Source: Pseudomonadota bacterium (GTDB lineage: Bacteria; Campylobacterota; Campylobacteria; Campylobacterales; Sulfurimonadaceae). Taken from it: a stretch of 64,000 nt of DNA. This document shows, piece by piece, positions 10,812 to 21,496 of the stretch. Within the stretch, counting starts at the first letter, position 1, and each line of letters starts with the position of its first letter. The notes under the pieces are model-generated. The model had not been told where the DNA came from and searched no databases. It worked only from the letters and a program-made list of their open reading frames with translations. Position numbers and translations under genes: made by a program. Location: the NCBI GenBank assembly GCA_043797085.1, contig JAZDQA010000009.1:32001-96000 (forward strand). The letters run 5' to 3'.

Positions 10812-11588
10812 ATGCAAAATCGTTCCGCTATCGCCAAAAAGAGATTTGGTCAGAATTTTTTACGTGATGAAGCTGTTTTAGCGCAAATCATCCAATCGAT
10901 ACCCAATACATCCCATCGTATTGTGGAAATTGGGCCTGGATTAGGTGATTTAACTAACTATTTAGTTGATGTCAAAAGTGTTACTGCTTTTGAGGTTGAT
11001 ACCGACTTGTGCAAGCATTTACAGCACCATTTTGCCGATGCCATCGCTACCGATCGTTTAACCCTCCATTGTGGAGATGTGTTAGAACATTGGAAGAGTG
11101 AGCTTTTGGATGAACCGTACGATTTAGTGGCAAATTTGCCTTACTATATCGCAACCAATATCATCCTCAAAGCCCTCGCCGATCCGGCGTGCAAGAACTT
11201 GCTTGTCATGATACAGCGTGAAGTGGCGGAGAAATTTTCCGCCACACCCAATGAGAGAGCTTTTGGAGCCCTCAGCGTAATAACACAGAGCGTGGCGGAC
11301 GTAGAAATCGTTCTTCATGTTCCGCCTACTGCGTTTGAACCTGCTCCAAAAGTCGATTCTGCCGTACTGCTCATTTCAAAACGTGCGAATCGAAACGATG
11401 AAGGGTTTGAAGACTTTTTACGTGTTGCCTTTACACAGCCACGCAAAACCCTACACAAAAATCTCACTGCATGCTATGATGGTAATTCTTTGATTGAAGC
11501 GTTTAAAACGCTTGAATTAGAGCGTACTATCCGACCTCATCAGCTCTGCACATCTGACTTTCACCGGCTATACGCCCTTTTAAAATAA
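10812..11588 (+). CDS. rsmA: 16S rRNA dimethyladenosine transferase RsmA/KsgA
   Basis: KKRFGQNFL, EIGPGLG, ANLPYYI, PAPKVDS; start placed at ATG 10812. Confidence 0.95.
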   Translation: MQNRSAIAKKRFGQNFLRDEAVLAQIIQSIPNTSHRIVEIGPGLGDLTNYLVDVKSVTAFEVDTDLCKHLQHHFADAIATDRLTLHCGDVLEHWKSELLDEPYDLVANLPYYIATNIILKALADPACKNLLVMIQREVAEKFSATPNERAFGALSVITQSVADVEIVLHVPPTAFEPAPKVDSAVLLISKRANRNDEGFEDFLRVAFTQPRKTLHKNLTACYDGNSLIEAFKTLELERTIRPHQLCTSDFHRLYALLK

Positions 11589-11667
11589 CTCTTTAAAGAG
11601 TTCAAAAACCGCGTAAGCACTATCGTATAAATAGAACTAAAATAATATTATAATAAAGGATATTCCT

Positions 11668-13806
11668 ATGGCTGATGAAACCACAGAAACAGGTGCTCAA
11701 CCTCAAACTGAGAACCGCGAACGACGGCCGAACAATAACCGTCGACCATTTCGCCCACGTAATGACACCCCTAGAATTGAGGGTGAAAATGCTGGCGAAC
11801 GACCAGAGGGTGAAAATCGCCCGCCGCGTCAAGACAACCGTCCTCCACGTACCGATAATCGCCCACCTCGTACGGACAACCGTCCTCCACGTACCGATAA
11901 TCGCCCACCTCGCACGGACAACCGTCCTCCTCGGGAAGACAACAGAACACCTCGCACTGAAGAGACTGGAAATGCTACTAATTTAGCACCTGAAAGTGAA
12001 AATCGTCCATCACGTGATCGTGGTGGACGTGGAGGTCGTCGTGGCTCTCCTGCAACCCCTATCGATACTAACCTACGTGATTTTGTCATGCAAAATCAAG
12101 AAGCACACAAAAATCGTCTTAATCCTCATTTCAAACTCAATCTTGAGAACAATGAAAAAGTACGTATTACTCCATTGGGCGGCTTGGGTGAAATCGGTGG
12201 AAATATAACCGTTATCGAAACCGAACACGAAGCGATCATCATCGACATCGGGATGAGTTTCCCGAGCGAAGATATGCACGGTGTTGATATTTTGGTTCCA
12301 GATTTCACTTACTTACGCGAAATTCGTAAAAAAATCGTAGCCGTCATCATCACACATGCTCACGAAGACCACATCGGAGCTGTTCCGTATTTTTTCAAAG
12401 AGATGCAATTCCCGATTTATGGAACGCCTCTTCCTCTTGCAATGATCGGCAATAAATTTGATGAACACCACATGCGTGAATACCGTCGCTATTTCAACCC
12501 GATTGTTAAACGTCAAGTGTACAAAATCGGAAATGAGTTTGAGATCGAATGGATGCACATGACCCACTCCATCATCGATTCATCTTCGTTGGCAATCACA
12601 ACCAAAGCAGGGACGATTATCCATACGGGTGACTTTAAAATCGACTTCACCCCGATTGATGGATACACAGCGGACATCCATCGTTTGGCCCATTATGGTG
12701 AAAAAGGGGTTTTGTGTCTCCTAAGTGACTCGACTAACTCTTATAACAAAGAGTGGACACCAAGTGAGCTTACTGTCGCAAGCGGATTTGATCGTATCTT
12801 CTCAAAAGCAGAAGGTCGTATCATTATGTCAACCTTTAGCTCGAATATTCACCGTGTGTATCAAGCAATCCAGTACGGGTTAAAATACAATCGTAAAGTA
12901 TGTGTTATCGGAAGATCGATGGAACGAAATCTCGAAGTGTGTATGCAGTATGACTACATCAAGCTTCCTAAAAACATCTTCATCGATGCAGAAGAAGCCA
13001 ACCGTATGAGCGATAAAGACGTTCTCATCGTCACCACCGGAAGCCAAGGAGAACCTAGTTCTGCTCTTTACCGAATGTCTATCGGGGAACATCGCCATAT
13101 CAAAATCAAACCAACTGATTTGATTGTCCTCTCTGCTCGTGCGATTCCGGGAAATGAGGGTTCTATTTCAGGAATGCTCAACTACCTACAGCGCGCAGGT
13201 GCAAGAGTCGCGAATGACCGCGATATTCACGTATCAGGTCATGGAAGCATGGAAGAGCAAAAGCTCATGCTCCGTCTTACTAATCCTAAATATTTCCTCC
13301 CCGTGCACGGTGAGTACAATCACATTATGAAACACCGCGATACCGCGATTGCATGCGGAGTTCCTGAGCGTAATATTTTGCTTATGAGTGATGGTGACAG
13401 TATCGAAGTCAGCAGTAAAATGATGCGTAAAGCTAAAACGGTTAAAACCGGTAAAACCTACATCGACAACCAAAACAACCACCAAATCGAAGACGATATC
13501 GTTATCGATCGTCAAAAAATGGCAAGCGAGGGGATGGTGGTTCTCGTTGCGCAAGTAAGTGCAGCCGATTCACGTCTTCTTTCCAAGCCTCTCGTTACCA
13601 GCTTCGGTCTTGTTGCCGATCGTAACGATAAAGCCTTTGCAAGTGAGATGGAAGATGTTCTTGAGCATTTCCTCATCAACCTCAAGCACGGCCTGATCGA
13701 AAATCCAAAAGCGCTGGAAAATGACTTACGCCAAGTAGTGCGTAAACACATCTACCGCAAAATGAAAAAATATCCTCTTATCGTTCCTCACGTATTCGTA
13801 ATGTAA
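11668..13806 (+). CDS. rnj: Ribonuclease J with long disordered N-terminal extension
   Basis: PLGGLGEIGGN, THAHEDHIG, HTGDFK, HVSGH. Confidence 0.95.
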   Translation: MADETTETGAQPQTENRERRPNNNRRPFRPRNDTPRIEGENAGERPEGENRPPRQDNRPPRTDNRPPRTDNRPPRTDNRPPRTDNRPPREDNRTPRTEETGNATNLAPESENRPSRDRGGRGGRRGSPATPIDTNLRDFVMQNQEAHKNRLNPHFKLNLENNEKVRITPLGGLGEIGGNITVIETEHEAIIIDIGMSFPSEDMHGVDILVPDFTYLREIRKKIVAVIITHAHEDHIGAVPYFFKEMQFPIYGTPLPLAMIGNKFDEHHMREYRRYFNPIVKRQVYKIGNEFEIEWMHMTHSIIDSSSLAITTKAGTIIHTGDFKIDFTPIDGYTADIHRLAHYGEKGVLCLLSDSTNSYNKEWTPSELTVASGFDRIFSKAEGRIIMSTFSSNIHRVYQAIQYGLKYNRKVCVIGRSMERNLEVCMQYDYIKLPKNIFIDAEEANRMSDKDVLIVTTGSQGEPSSALYRMSIGEHRHIKIKPTDLIVLSARAIPGNEGSISGMLNYLQRAGARVANDRDIHVSGHGSMEEQKLMLRLTNPKYFLPVHGEYNHIMKHRDTAIACGVPERNILLMSDGDSIEVSSKMMRKAKTVKTGKTYIDNQNNHQIEDDIVIDRQKMASEGMVVLVAQVSAADSRLLSKPLVTSFGLVADRNDKAFASEMEDVLEHFLINLKHGLIENPKALENDLRQVVRKHIYRKMKKYPLIVPHVFVM
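11815..11957 (+). repeat. Intragenic tandem repeat encoding (D)NRPPR(T) heptads
   Basis: 21-bp units arranged as a 42-bp higher-order repeat starting at 11833, 11875 and (partial) 11917. Confidence 0.9.
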
Positions 13807-13830
13807 AAGACGCTTTTAGCGTCTTTTACA
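13802..13830 (+). terminator. Hairpin after rnj
   Basis: TGTAAAAGACGC-TTTTA-GCGTCTTTTACA, perfect 12-bp stem. Confidence 0.7.
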
Positions 13831-13898
13831 CTTCTCTTCGTTATACTCTCTTAGAATTACTTCCATATAAATACTACCCTATTGCATAGGAATAATAA

Positions 13899-14738
13899 AT
13901 GTCAATTACAAAAATCAATGCCAAAGAAAATATTTTTGGAGACAATATCGCTTTTGTAGAAAAATGGGATTTTTCTCAGGCTAATACTTCAGAAGAAAAC
14001 CGTATTTTAGCAATCACTCAAGTCGCTTCAATCTGCTACCAGTCTCCAAAAGCTTTAGGCAGTGAAACGCTTTACAATCGTCTCATGGCGGAATCTATGG
14101 GGCTTCCCTCCAGTTCATTTGAATTTGTTCCCGTATTGCTTGATTACAATAATCCACAACATAAAGAACTACTCGAAAAAGAGCACAGTAACGTCAAAAA
14201 ATTTGGTGAACTTGTTGAAGATGACGCATATTTACTAACAAACTATCGTGCTATTGTGTATGATTATGAAAATAATAACAGCGGTTATAGCTATGATATA
14301 CGCCAAATCTACAACACTTCTAAAGAAGCTGAAATTATCCAAAAACACTTTCACGTATTTTTATACAAAGTTGACTTACCGACACGATCACAAATGGTGC
14401 GACACCGTGTGAACTGGCAAGAACTCTCACGTAGATACGTCTCAGGAAAACGAGTCCCATTTGATTTTTACATTAGCGAAAAAATGGTTCCGATCACTAC
14501 CAACGACTTTGATACACAAAAAATTATTGACTTATGCGTAGAGCATTATATGAATGCTATCGAGAATGGTGTTAAGCCCCAAGAAGCACGCAGAATCATC
14601 CCTCAGGCTGCCTATACTCAAATATGGGGAGGATTCATGCCTACACAGCTTGCCAATTACTTTAAATTGCGTCTTGACGAACATGCCCAATGGGAAATCA
14701 GAAAAACTGCTGAAGCGATGAGGGATTTAATTAGTTAA
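13899..14738 (+). CDS. thyX: FAD-dependent thymidylate synthase
   Basis: QMVRHRVNWQELSRRY, EARRIIP, LRLDEHAQWEIR. Confidence 0.93.
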   Translation: MSITKINAKENIFGDNIAFVEKWDFSQANTSEENRILAITQVASICYQSPKALGSETLYNRLMAESMGLPSSSFEFVPVLLDYNNPQHKELLEKEHSNVKKFGELVEDDAYLLTNYRAIVYDYENNNSGYSYDIRQIYNTSKEAEIIQKHFHVFLYKVDLPTRSQMVRHRVNWQELSRRYVSGKRVPFDFYISEKMVPITTNDFDTQKIIDLCVEHYMNAIENGVKPQEARRIIPQAAYTQIWGGFMPTQLANYFKLRLDEHAQWEIRKTAEAMRDLIS

Positions 14739-15776
14739 TAAACTTTTCGTATTGAGTTCGCTCAATACATAACTCTGAAAATCGCCCGTAAAGAGTTTCA
14801 TTGTCTTTATAACATCACTCAAAAATACATCTATATCATTTTCCTGCGAATTAAAGAATCTTCGTCCGTTTAGCTTGATTGCTTCTCCCTTTTCGTTAAT
14901 ATCTCGGAATGGGATATAAAAATAAGCTAATTTATTCTCATTCACACATGGAGTTGCGAATCCAATATAGCAATTTCGTTCAAATTCGAGTATGCCAGTA
15001 TTATGTACAAGGTCATTTCTAAGTTTGATAAGCGCATTGAAAATTTTATCCTCAACATAACCTTTAAGTGGTGTCTTTTTCAAATCAGAAAAATACGTTC
15101 TATTTAGGTTATAAAGATAAATTTTACTATCAGATGTTTTCGGGTCTATCAAATTCAAAAATTCACTCATGCGCCCTGCAACATCCAAAGCAGAACAAAA
15201 AGATATAATCGACATCGTTATTAATCCAGCAACTTTCGAATCGTGAGATATTACTTCGTTAGCATTTTCCCATCCACCCATTATTTGAATCTTGTATGGA
15301 ATATTATTTCTCATATTAGTCAAAAATTCAATATAGTGCTTAGCGCCTTGATCGACTAAAGAGAAAAAATCATCGTATAATTTATTAAAATCAACGAAAT
15401 TTGTCCATTTAATGTAATCTAATTCGCTTATTAATGAAGAATTTGTATACATCTCAAAAACTTTACCACGAACTTCAGTACCACCATTTCCATAACCATT
15501 TTCAGATATTGCACTTGGTAATAGATACTTATCTTTTAAAGACAAACTAAAAACTTTAGCCGTTTCTTTATCTAATTCATAGAATATTTTACGTATAAGA
15601 TTCCGCAACAGCTCAATACTATGTTCATCCTCAATCAAACTGACATTGAATTTTTTGAGCAATATTCCTTCATTAATTGAGTCAATTACAACCTTATTCC
15701 CTATTTGATCAACCATTTGATAACAATCATCTATTTGATAGATATCCAACCCTCGCGAACATAAATGTATTCTCAA
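14727..15776 (-). CDS. AT-rich protein with C-terminal HEPN RNase motif (Cthe_2314-like)
   Basis: LRNDLVHN (R-x4-H) preceded by the helix FCSALDVAG; visibly lower GC than neighbours. Confidence 0.6.
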   Translation of the reverse strand: MRIHLCSRGLDIYQIDDCYQMVDQIGNKVVIDSINEGILLKKFNVSLIEDEHSIELLRNLIRKIFYELDKETAKVFSLSLKDKYLLPSAISENGYGNGGTEVRGKVFEMYTNSSLISELDYIKWTNFVDFNKLYDDFFSLVDQGAKHYIEFLTNMRNNIPYKIQIMGGWENANEVISHDSKVAGLITMSIISFCSALDVAGRMSEFLNLIDPKTSDSKIYLYNLNRTYFSDLKKTPLKGYVEDKIFNALIKLRNDLVHNTGILEFERNCYIGFATPCVNENKLAYFYIPFRDINEKGEAIKLNGRRFFNSQENDIDVFLSDVIKTMKLFTGDFQSYVLSELNTKSLLTN

Positions 15777-15874
15777 CTTTCAATCCCCACATTCAAAAAT
15801 TTCATTTTGTTAACTCTACTTGAAATATTATTTTTATGTTACTATAGTATTCGAAAATAAGAGTGAGGTTTAAT

Positions 15875-16120
15875 ATGAAAAAAGAAATAATTGCATTATT
15901 GCTAGCTTTTTTAGCTATTTTTGGAGCAGGCTGTGCGCAAAAGCAACTTGGTATTAATGGGATGATTTGTCCGGAAGGTCACAGTGAAGAGCGTGTAAAA
16001 GCGGATTTTAGTGCGTGCAGATACTATAATCTTGATGATGCCGCAAAAGCAAATGCTGCGCCGATGTCAATAGAATGCAAAGAGTGTTTGGAGAAAAAGG
16101 GTTATAAGATAGAGAAGTAA
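15875..16120 (+). CDS. Small lipoprotein
   Basis: Signal peptide with lipobox GAGC; four further Cys. Confidence 0.7.
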   Translation: MKKEIIALLLAFLAIFGAGCAQKQLGINGMICPEGHSEERVKADFSACRYYNLDDAAKANAAPMSIECKECLEKKGYKIEK

Positions 16121-16129
16121 GAAGAAGGT

Positions 16130-16154
16130 TTAACTCGCCCAAAGGGAGAGTTAA
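16130..16154. terminator. Hairpin between the convergent lipoprotein gene and rplT
   Basis: TTAACTCGCCC-AAA-GGGAGAGTTAA. Confidence 0.55.
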
Positions 16155-16157
16155 TCT

Positions 16158-16511
16158 TTACAGTGCTGCTTTGGAAAGAGCGGTGAGAGCAGTAAATGCT
16201 GCTGCGTCGTTCATTGCCATATCAGCTAGAATTTTGCGATCAAGTTCGATGTTACCACGTTTAAGACCGTTCATGAAAACTGAGTAGCTCATACCGTTCA
16301 AGCGACATGCCGCATTGATACGAATAATCCACAATTTACGAAATTCACGTTTTTTCTGTTTACGATCGCGGAACGCGTAGTACATACTACGTTCAAGTTG
16401 TTCTTTCGCTTTACGGAAGTGCTTATGTCTTCCGCTATAGAAACCACGTGCAAGTTTCAAGACTTTCTTATGACGTCGGCGTCTTACAACACCTGTTTTT
16501 ACTCTTGGCAT
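16158..16511 (-). CDS. rplT: 50S ribosomal protein L20
   Basis: [16 protein letters not shown]...[12 protein letters not shown]. Confidence 0.98.
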   Translation of the reverse strand: MPRVKTGVVRRRRHKKVLKLARGFYSGRHKHFRKAKEQLERSMYYAFRDRKQKKREFRKLWIIRINAACRLNGMSYSVFMNGLKRGNIELDRKILADMAMNDAAAFTALTALSKAAL

Positions 16512-16612
16512 ATTTTTCCTTTCTTTACCCGATTCATTTTAAAATTTAATGAATAGGTGCCGCTTAGCGGACTTGCCCAGTATTTACTGGAGAATTAAAC
16601 AATCGAGGCTAA

Positions 16613-16807
16613 TTAGCGTACGATCATCTTTTTGATGTTTTTCGCATCGACAGCAGCAACAATTTTAGGTGTTTTCTGCCCACGACGAGTCCCTGCATCT
16701 TGTTTGGTCAAAATGTGACTGCGAAATGCTGTCCCACGTTTGAGAGTGCCGTTTTTCTTCACTTTGAAGCGTTTTACCGCCCCTTTGACTGATTTCATTT
16801 TTGGCAT
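16613..16807 (-). CDS. rpmI: 50S ribosomal protein L35
   Basis: [15 protein letters not shown]...HILTK. Confidence 0.97.
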   Translation of the reverse strand: MPKMKSVKGAVKRFKVKKNGTLKRGTAFRSHILTKQDAGTRRGQKTPKIVAAVDAKNIKKMIVR

Positions 16808-16874
16808 CGACTTGATCCTTTTGCAAAAATTCTCTGAATGAGACGCGGATTATACCATAAAAAAGCTTTATATA

Positions 16875-16949
16875 CTGATGTTACGCGCTAAAATGAGCAA
16901 AGCCCCTTTTAGCGGCAAGGATATAAGCGTCCTTTACAATCCCCTAAAG
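16875..16949. repeat. Structured dispersed repeat family B, short copy
   Basis: Homologous to 35344-35487; left end CTGATGTTACGC resembles the MITE terminus. Confidence 0.65.
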
Positions 16950-17001
16950 CTTCCCGCATACGCGGGAGAAATGGGTAAGAAGAAAGGAGAGGGGGGTAAA
17001 A

Positions 17002-17532
17002 CTATTTTTTATCGTCTTTTTTCGGATGGACCATCATATTACAATAACGACCTTCCATAGCAGGAGTTTTGTACATTAGTCCAATGTCTTCAACCATAGG
17101 CCAAACGCGATTTAAAACGGCAACAGCGGCTTCTGGATGCGCCATCTCACGACCGCGCAAGAATACGCGGAAATGGACATGTTTTCCCTCTTCGAGAAAT
17201 TCACGTGCATGTTTCACTTTGTAGCTCACATCGTTTTCAGCAATCTTAACCGAAAGTTTAATCTCTTTAACTTCCACTTTTGTTTGCTTTTTACGTGCTT
17301 CTTTTTTCTTTTTCTCTTCTTGATAATGAAACTTACCGTAGTCCATGATCTTCGCAACCGGAGGTTTCGCATCCGGAGAGATCAATACGAGGTCAAGCCC
17401 CAGTTCGTTAGCTTTTGCCATCGCCTCTTGAATCGTTACAACTCCCAGTGCTTCACCACCATCTACTACACAACGTACCTCAGGAACTCGGATATCCTCG
17501 TTCATTTGGACTCGGTCTTGTTTTTTAATCAA
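17002..17532 (-). CDS. infC: Translation initiation factor IF-3
   Basis: [28 protein letters not shown]; non-AUG start. Confidence 0.96.
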   Translation of the reverse strand: MIKKQDRVQMNEDIRVPEVRCVVDGGEALGVVTIQEAMAKANELGLDLVLISPDAKPPVAKIMDYGKFHYQEEKKKKEARKKQTKVEVKEIKLSVKIAENDVSYKVKHAREFLEEGKHVHFRVFLRGREMAHPEAAVAVLNRVWPMVEDIGLMYKTPAMEGRYCNMMVHPKKDDKK

Positions 17533-19337
17533 AAATGCACCTCATTAATTTTTTCTTTTATTAAGTTCAAGAATTGCTCTTCACTTAAATTGTACTGTTC
17601 TCGCGAGCGACGATCGCGCACCGCAACACTCTTAGAGCCAACCTCTTCATCGCCCAAAACGATAATCATAGGAACACGCCCTTTTTCCGCCGTTCGAATA
17701 CGTTTATTAAGAGAGTCATTTTTATCGAAAATCTCATAATCCGCACCCATATCAATCAGCTTATTCCCCAATTCACGCGCATACGCAACGTGAGTTTCTG
17801 CAATCGGAACGATCGCAACCTGCGTTGGAGCGATAAACATTGGGAATTCCCCAGCGTAATGCTCCGTCAATATACCAATAAAACGCTCAAAAGAACCTAA
17901 AATTGCCCGATGAATCATTACAGGTTGAATTTTTGCGTTCTCTTCGCCGTTATATTCCAGCTCAAAACGCTCCGGAAGGTTAAAATCAAGCTGAATGGTT
18001 CCGCACTGCCATTCACGTCCGATAGCATCGGTGATTTTAATATCAATCTTAGGACCGTAAAACGCTCCGCCACCCTCATCAATCTCGTATGCGAGCTTAT
18101 TTTTATCCATTGCATTTTTAAGTGCATTGGTAGAAATTTCCCATACAGCATCATCTCCAACCGCTTTTTCAGGTTTTGTAGAGATCATCATTTTATAGTT
18201 AAAATCAAAGGTTTTCATGATCTTATCAACAAAATCGACAACTTCGATGATTTGTTCTTCGATTTGATCCGCCGTACAAAAAATATGGGCATCATCTTGG
18301 GTAAATTCGCGAACACGGAAAAGCCCGTGAAGCGCTCCCGTCATCTCATGTCGGTGAACAATCCCGTACTCAAAGTATTTGAGAGGGAGATCACGGTATG
18401 AACGTAAATCGTGCTCATATACTTTGATATGTCCGACACAGTTCATAGGTTTTACCCCAAACTCGATTTCATCGATGTTGGTGAAATACATATTTTCGCC
18501 GTAGTTTTGGTAGTGACCGCTCACTTTCCATAGATCAGAACGAAGCATTTCAGGTCCGCGTACCGGCTCATACCCGCGCTTACGGTGTGCTTTGAAAAGA
18601 AGCTGCTCCAAACGCGAACGCATACGAGCGCCCGCCGGAAGCCAAATAGGGAAACCTGCCCCTACTTCTTCACGGAAGGTGAAAAGTTTCATCTCCGCAC
18701 CGATTTTACGGTGATCACGTTTTTCAGCTTCTGCCACTTGCTCTAAATACGCTTTTAGGGATTCTTTATCGGCAAATGCAATACCGTAAATGCGTGTCAA
18801 CATCTCGTTTTTGCTGTCACCGCCCAAATATGCACCCGAAATTTTTGTAAGTTTGAAATAACGCAACATCCCAACATTCGGTAAATGAGGTCCACGGCAA
18901 AGATCTTCAAATTCACCTTGCTTATAAATAGAGATCACATCATCAGGGATACGATCCATAACAGTTTGCTTTAGATGGTCGTTTGCAAATTTTATACGCG
19001 CTTCATCTTTGCTAATCTCGTAGCGCTCAATCACCGCTTTGGATTTTGCTATGTCGAGCATTTTTTTCTCGATCGTTTTCAAATCTTCTTCGCTGATGGT
19101 TTCATTGACTTTGAAATCGTAATAAAACCCCTCTTTAACAACAGGTCCTACGAAAAATTTAGCGTCCGTATAAAGCGCTTTAATCGCTTGCGCCATCAAA
19201 TGTGCGCAGGAGTGGCGAAGCACTTCAAGCGCATCCGCAGAGTTATCCAACTCTATTTCAGTACCGGTAATCCCAAGTGAGTGTGCTGTTTGTAAATCAA
19301 CTATTTGATCATTATGCTTAATTGCAATAACATCCAT
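17529..19337 (-). CDS. thrS: Threonyl-tRNA synthetase
   Basis: [38 protein letters not shown]. Confidence 0.98.
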   Translation of the reverse strand: MDVIAIKHNDQIVDLQTAHSLGITGTEIELDNSADALEVLRHSCAHLMAQAIKALYTDAKFFVGPVVKEGFYYDFKVNETISEEDLKTIEKKMLDIAKSKAVIERYEISKDEARIKFANDHLKQTVMDRIPDDVISIYKQGEFEDLCRGPHLPNVGMLRYFKLTKISGAYLGGDSKNEMLTRIYGIAFADKESLKAYLEQVAEAEKRDHRKIGAEMKLFTFREEVGAGFPIWLPAGARMRSRLEQLLFKAHRKRGYEPVRGPEMLRSDLWKVSGHYQNYGENMYFTNIDEIEFGVKPMNCVGHIKVYEHDLRSYRDLPLKYFEYGIVHRHEMTGALHGLFRVREFTQDDAHIFCTADQIEEQIIEVVDFVDKIMKTFDFNYKMMISTKPEKAVGDDAVWEISTNALKNAMDKNKLAYEIDEGGGAFYGPKIDIKITDAIGREWQCGTIQLDFNLPERFELEYNGEENAKIQPVMIHRAILGSFERFIGILTEHYAGEFPMFIAPTQVAIVPIAETHVAYARELGNKLIDMGADYEIFDKNDSLNKRIRTAEKGRVPMIIVLGDEEVGSKSVAVRDRRSREQYNLSEEQFLNLIKEKINEVHF

Positions 19338-19448
19338 TGTAAAAGTTTCCAGTTCATAAGAAAAATAAGGCGAATTATACGATTTTGTTGATTGGTTTGA
19401 GTTTAAAGAGCGCATAGAATGATTTTATAGAATAAAAAATATCTATGT

Positions 19449-20579
19449 TTATCTGGAAATTAACAATCCGATTCCTAAACGATCTTGTTGATGATTGTAA
19501 TCCATTAAACTGGCACCATACCCGCTAAAACCCTTTATATACCAAAAATTATTTTTAGAGTTGTTGATAGGATAAGACCATTCTCCTTCGATTGAGCCTC
19601 GGTTGTTGCTATTAAAATATAGGTTATCCCGCAAGATTAGTTCAAATTGATGTTGACCATAAAGATATTTAAACTTCAAATGACCATATCCGAGATACGA
19701 AGTAATCTCTTTATTATCACTACTGGCGTGTATATACCATCCTCTTAGTTGAATCAGTAAATCATCATATTGAAAATCCAAATCCGTATATACTTGGTTC
19801 CACTCTCGCGACAAGGATTCTCCAAGCCCATTGGATTCATGTAATAATCCGATACTGATGTCTTTTAAACCGCTCTTGAAATCCAGCTCATGCGTACTTG
19901 GAATGGTTATCCAAAATTCAGGTCTATAATTTGTTTCCCTAAAAGGGGCAGACTTGCTATACAACTGCCACCATATCTCTTGGGTGTATCCAAAAGAAAG
20001 AGTTTCATTTAAACCAAGTAAGTCATAGGTAAACGTTTTTTTAAAACTTAACTGAAATTCTGTTTCAACATTGCTATCAAAAACATGGTATCCAGGGTAG
20101 TCTGTGCTGTTTCGTTTCTCGTAATTTTCTGTCGTATAGGAAAATGGAAGTAAATAATTTTTTTCATGGGGAAGTATTCCGAAATTGCTAAACATAGTTG
20201 ATACCAACGATTTACGTTCCTCGGAATTTTTTGGCATATCCAAATGTTCAAGTCCAAATTTCTGCATTTCTTTATCGGTAGCAGGATCAATATGATAGAC
20301 CTGTTTATCGGCACTCATAGAAGCATTAGCTTCTATATTGCCTATTGCGCTGCGTGCGGCTTGCTTGTACCAATAAAAAGCCTTCGTCATATTTTGCTCA
20401 GTACCAGATCCGGATTCATGCATTATCGCCAGTTGATATTGGGCATATCTGTCCCCGCTAAGAGCTAATTTTTCAATATCGTGAAAAGATCTTGCCGGCT
20501 GCTTCACATTATCGGCTATCAGTACACTATTTAATACTATAAGCCATAGCAGTTGTTTTATAAGTATCCTTGCTATCAC
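19449..20579 (-). CDS. pldA: Outer-membrane phospholipase A with N-terminal Sel1-like repeat
   Basis: SAPFRETNYRPE, catalytic HESNG, GYGASLMDYN; AQYQLAIMHESGSGTEQNMTKAFYWYKQAA Sel1 repeat. Confidence 0.85.
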   Translation of the reverse strand: MIARILIKQLLWLIVLNSVLIADNVKQPARSFHDIEKLALSGDRYAQYQLAIMHESGSGTEQNMTKAFYWYKQAARSAIGNIEANASMSADKQVYHIDPATDKEMQKFGLEHLDMPKNSEERKSLVSTMFSNFGILPHEKNYLLPFSYTTENYEKRNSTDYPGYHVFDSNVETEFQLSFKKTFTYDLLGLNETLSFGYTQEIWWQLYSKSAPFRETNYRPEFWITIPSTHELDFKSGLKDISIGLLHESNGLGESLSREWNQVYTDLDFQYDDLLIQLRGWYIHASSDNKEITSYLGYGHLKFKYLYGQHQFELILRDNLYFNSNNRGSIEGEWSYPINNSKNNFWYIKGFSGYGASLMDYNHQQDRLGIGLLISR

Positions 20580-20622
20580 TTTGATTTATCAACCCGATTT
20601 GGTACCGACAACAAATGATAAA

Positions 20623-20988
20623 TCATTTATTAAGATCGAGTTTCAAATCAGGGTACTTTTCCTGAAAAACACGCTCACTTTCATTCATAATCATTCTACC
20701 ATCAGCGGTATCTTTATTGCCTTGTTCTATCTTTTGCCGACCGAGAGTCATATCTTGCTCTCCGCTTTTGACTAATTTTTCGCCCTCTTTAATCAGTTCT
20801 TCTCCGGAGAGTTTGAGTTTTGATCCGCGATCCCACTCTTTTGCTATCGCTTTTTGATCTATCGCCGTCGCTTTTTCATCGGCAGCATGAATCCGCATGA
20901 AATCAGCAGTTGTAGGTGATTTTGCAGTACAACCGCCCAGTGCGATCATAACAATAGCAGTTAATGTTACTAGTTTAAAATGTTTCAT
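20623..20988 (-). CDS. Hypothetical lipoprotein
   Basis: Lipobox LGGC; helical repetitive body. Confidence 0.7.
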   Translation of the reverse strand: MKHFKLVTLTAIVMIALGGCTAKSPTTADFMRIHAADEKATAIDQKAIAKEWDRGSKLKLSGEELIKEGEKLVKSGEQDMTLGRQKIEQGNKDTADGRMIMNESERVFQEKYPDLKLDLNK

Positions 20989-21014
20989 ATAATTTCCTTT
21001 TTTTTTGGTTTAAT

Positions 21015-21305
21015 CTAACTTTTGATTTTTGAAGCGGCGTCATTGAACGCCGTTTTTACGGAATCCCACGCTGATTCCACATTAGTTTTCATCGATTCGT
21101 ACATCTCATCGGTCGCTTTTAGCAAATCGGAAAGCTTTGTTTTTCCTTCATCGATTTTCTTTTCTAGCGCATCAATCTGTTTGTTCATTTCGATTTGTGC
21201 ATCGGCACTTGCCATAGAAGCTTTTGCCTTGAATTTGAGAATCTCTGATTTCCAAATCGCAATTTCTGCTTCTTTTTTTTGTTGATACAATTGTTTATCA
21301 TTCAT
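21015..21305 (-). CDS. Small coiled-coil stress protein (sll1863-like)
   Basis: KQLYQQKKEAEI..W...KTNVESAWDSVK pattern; RBS AAGGA. Confidence 0.65.
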   Translation of the reverse strand: MNDKQLYQQKKEAEIAIWKSEILKFKAKASMASADAQIEMNKQIDALEKKIDEGKTKLSDLLKATDEMYESMKTNVESAWDSVKTAFNDAASKIKS

Positions 21306-21327
21306 AATGTTTTCCTTTGTTTGCTCC

Positions 21328-21477
21328 TCAGAGCACACGTCGTCCCTGAATCACTCGGATGAGAACGACGATGATAGCAATCACCAACAAAAGGTGAATA
21401 AACCCACCCAATGTGTAACTAGTGACCAAGCCTAAAGCCCATAAAACCAATAAAATTACTGCTATTGTCCACAACAT
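21328..21477 (-). CDS. lmo0937-family small membrane protein (49 aa; not in ORF track)
   Basis: MLWTIAVILLVLWALGLVTSYTLGGFIHLLLVIAIIVVLIRVIQGRRVL. Confidence 0.85.
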   Translation of the reverse strand: MLWTIAVILLVLWALGLVTSYTLGGFIHLLLVIAIIVVLIRVIQGRRVL

Positions 21478-21496
21478 ATTTGAGCCTTTTTATGTA

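Noticed and set aside
17527..17532. Non-AUG start of infC (TTG, with an adjacent in-frame ATT)
   Set aside because: Non-canonical infC starts are an established autoregulatory feature; not novel.
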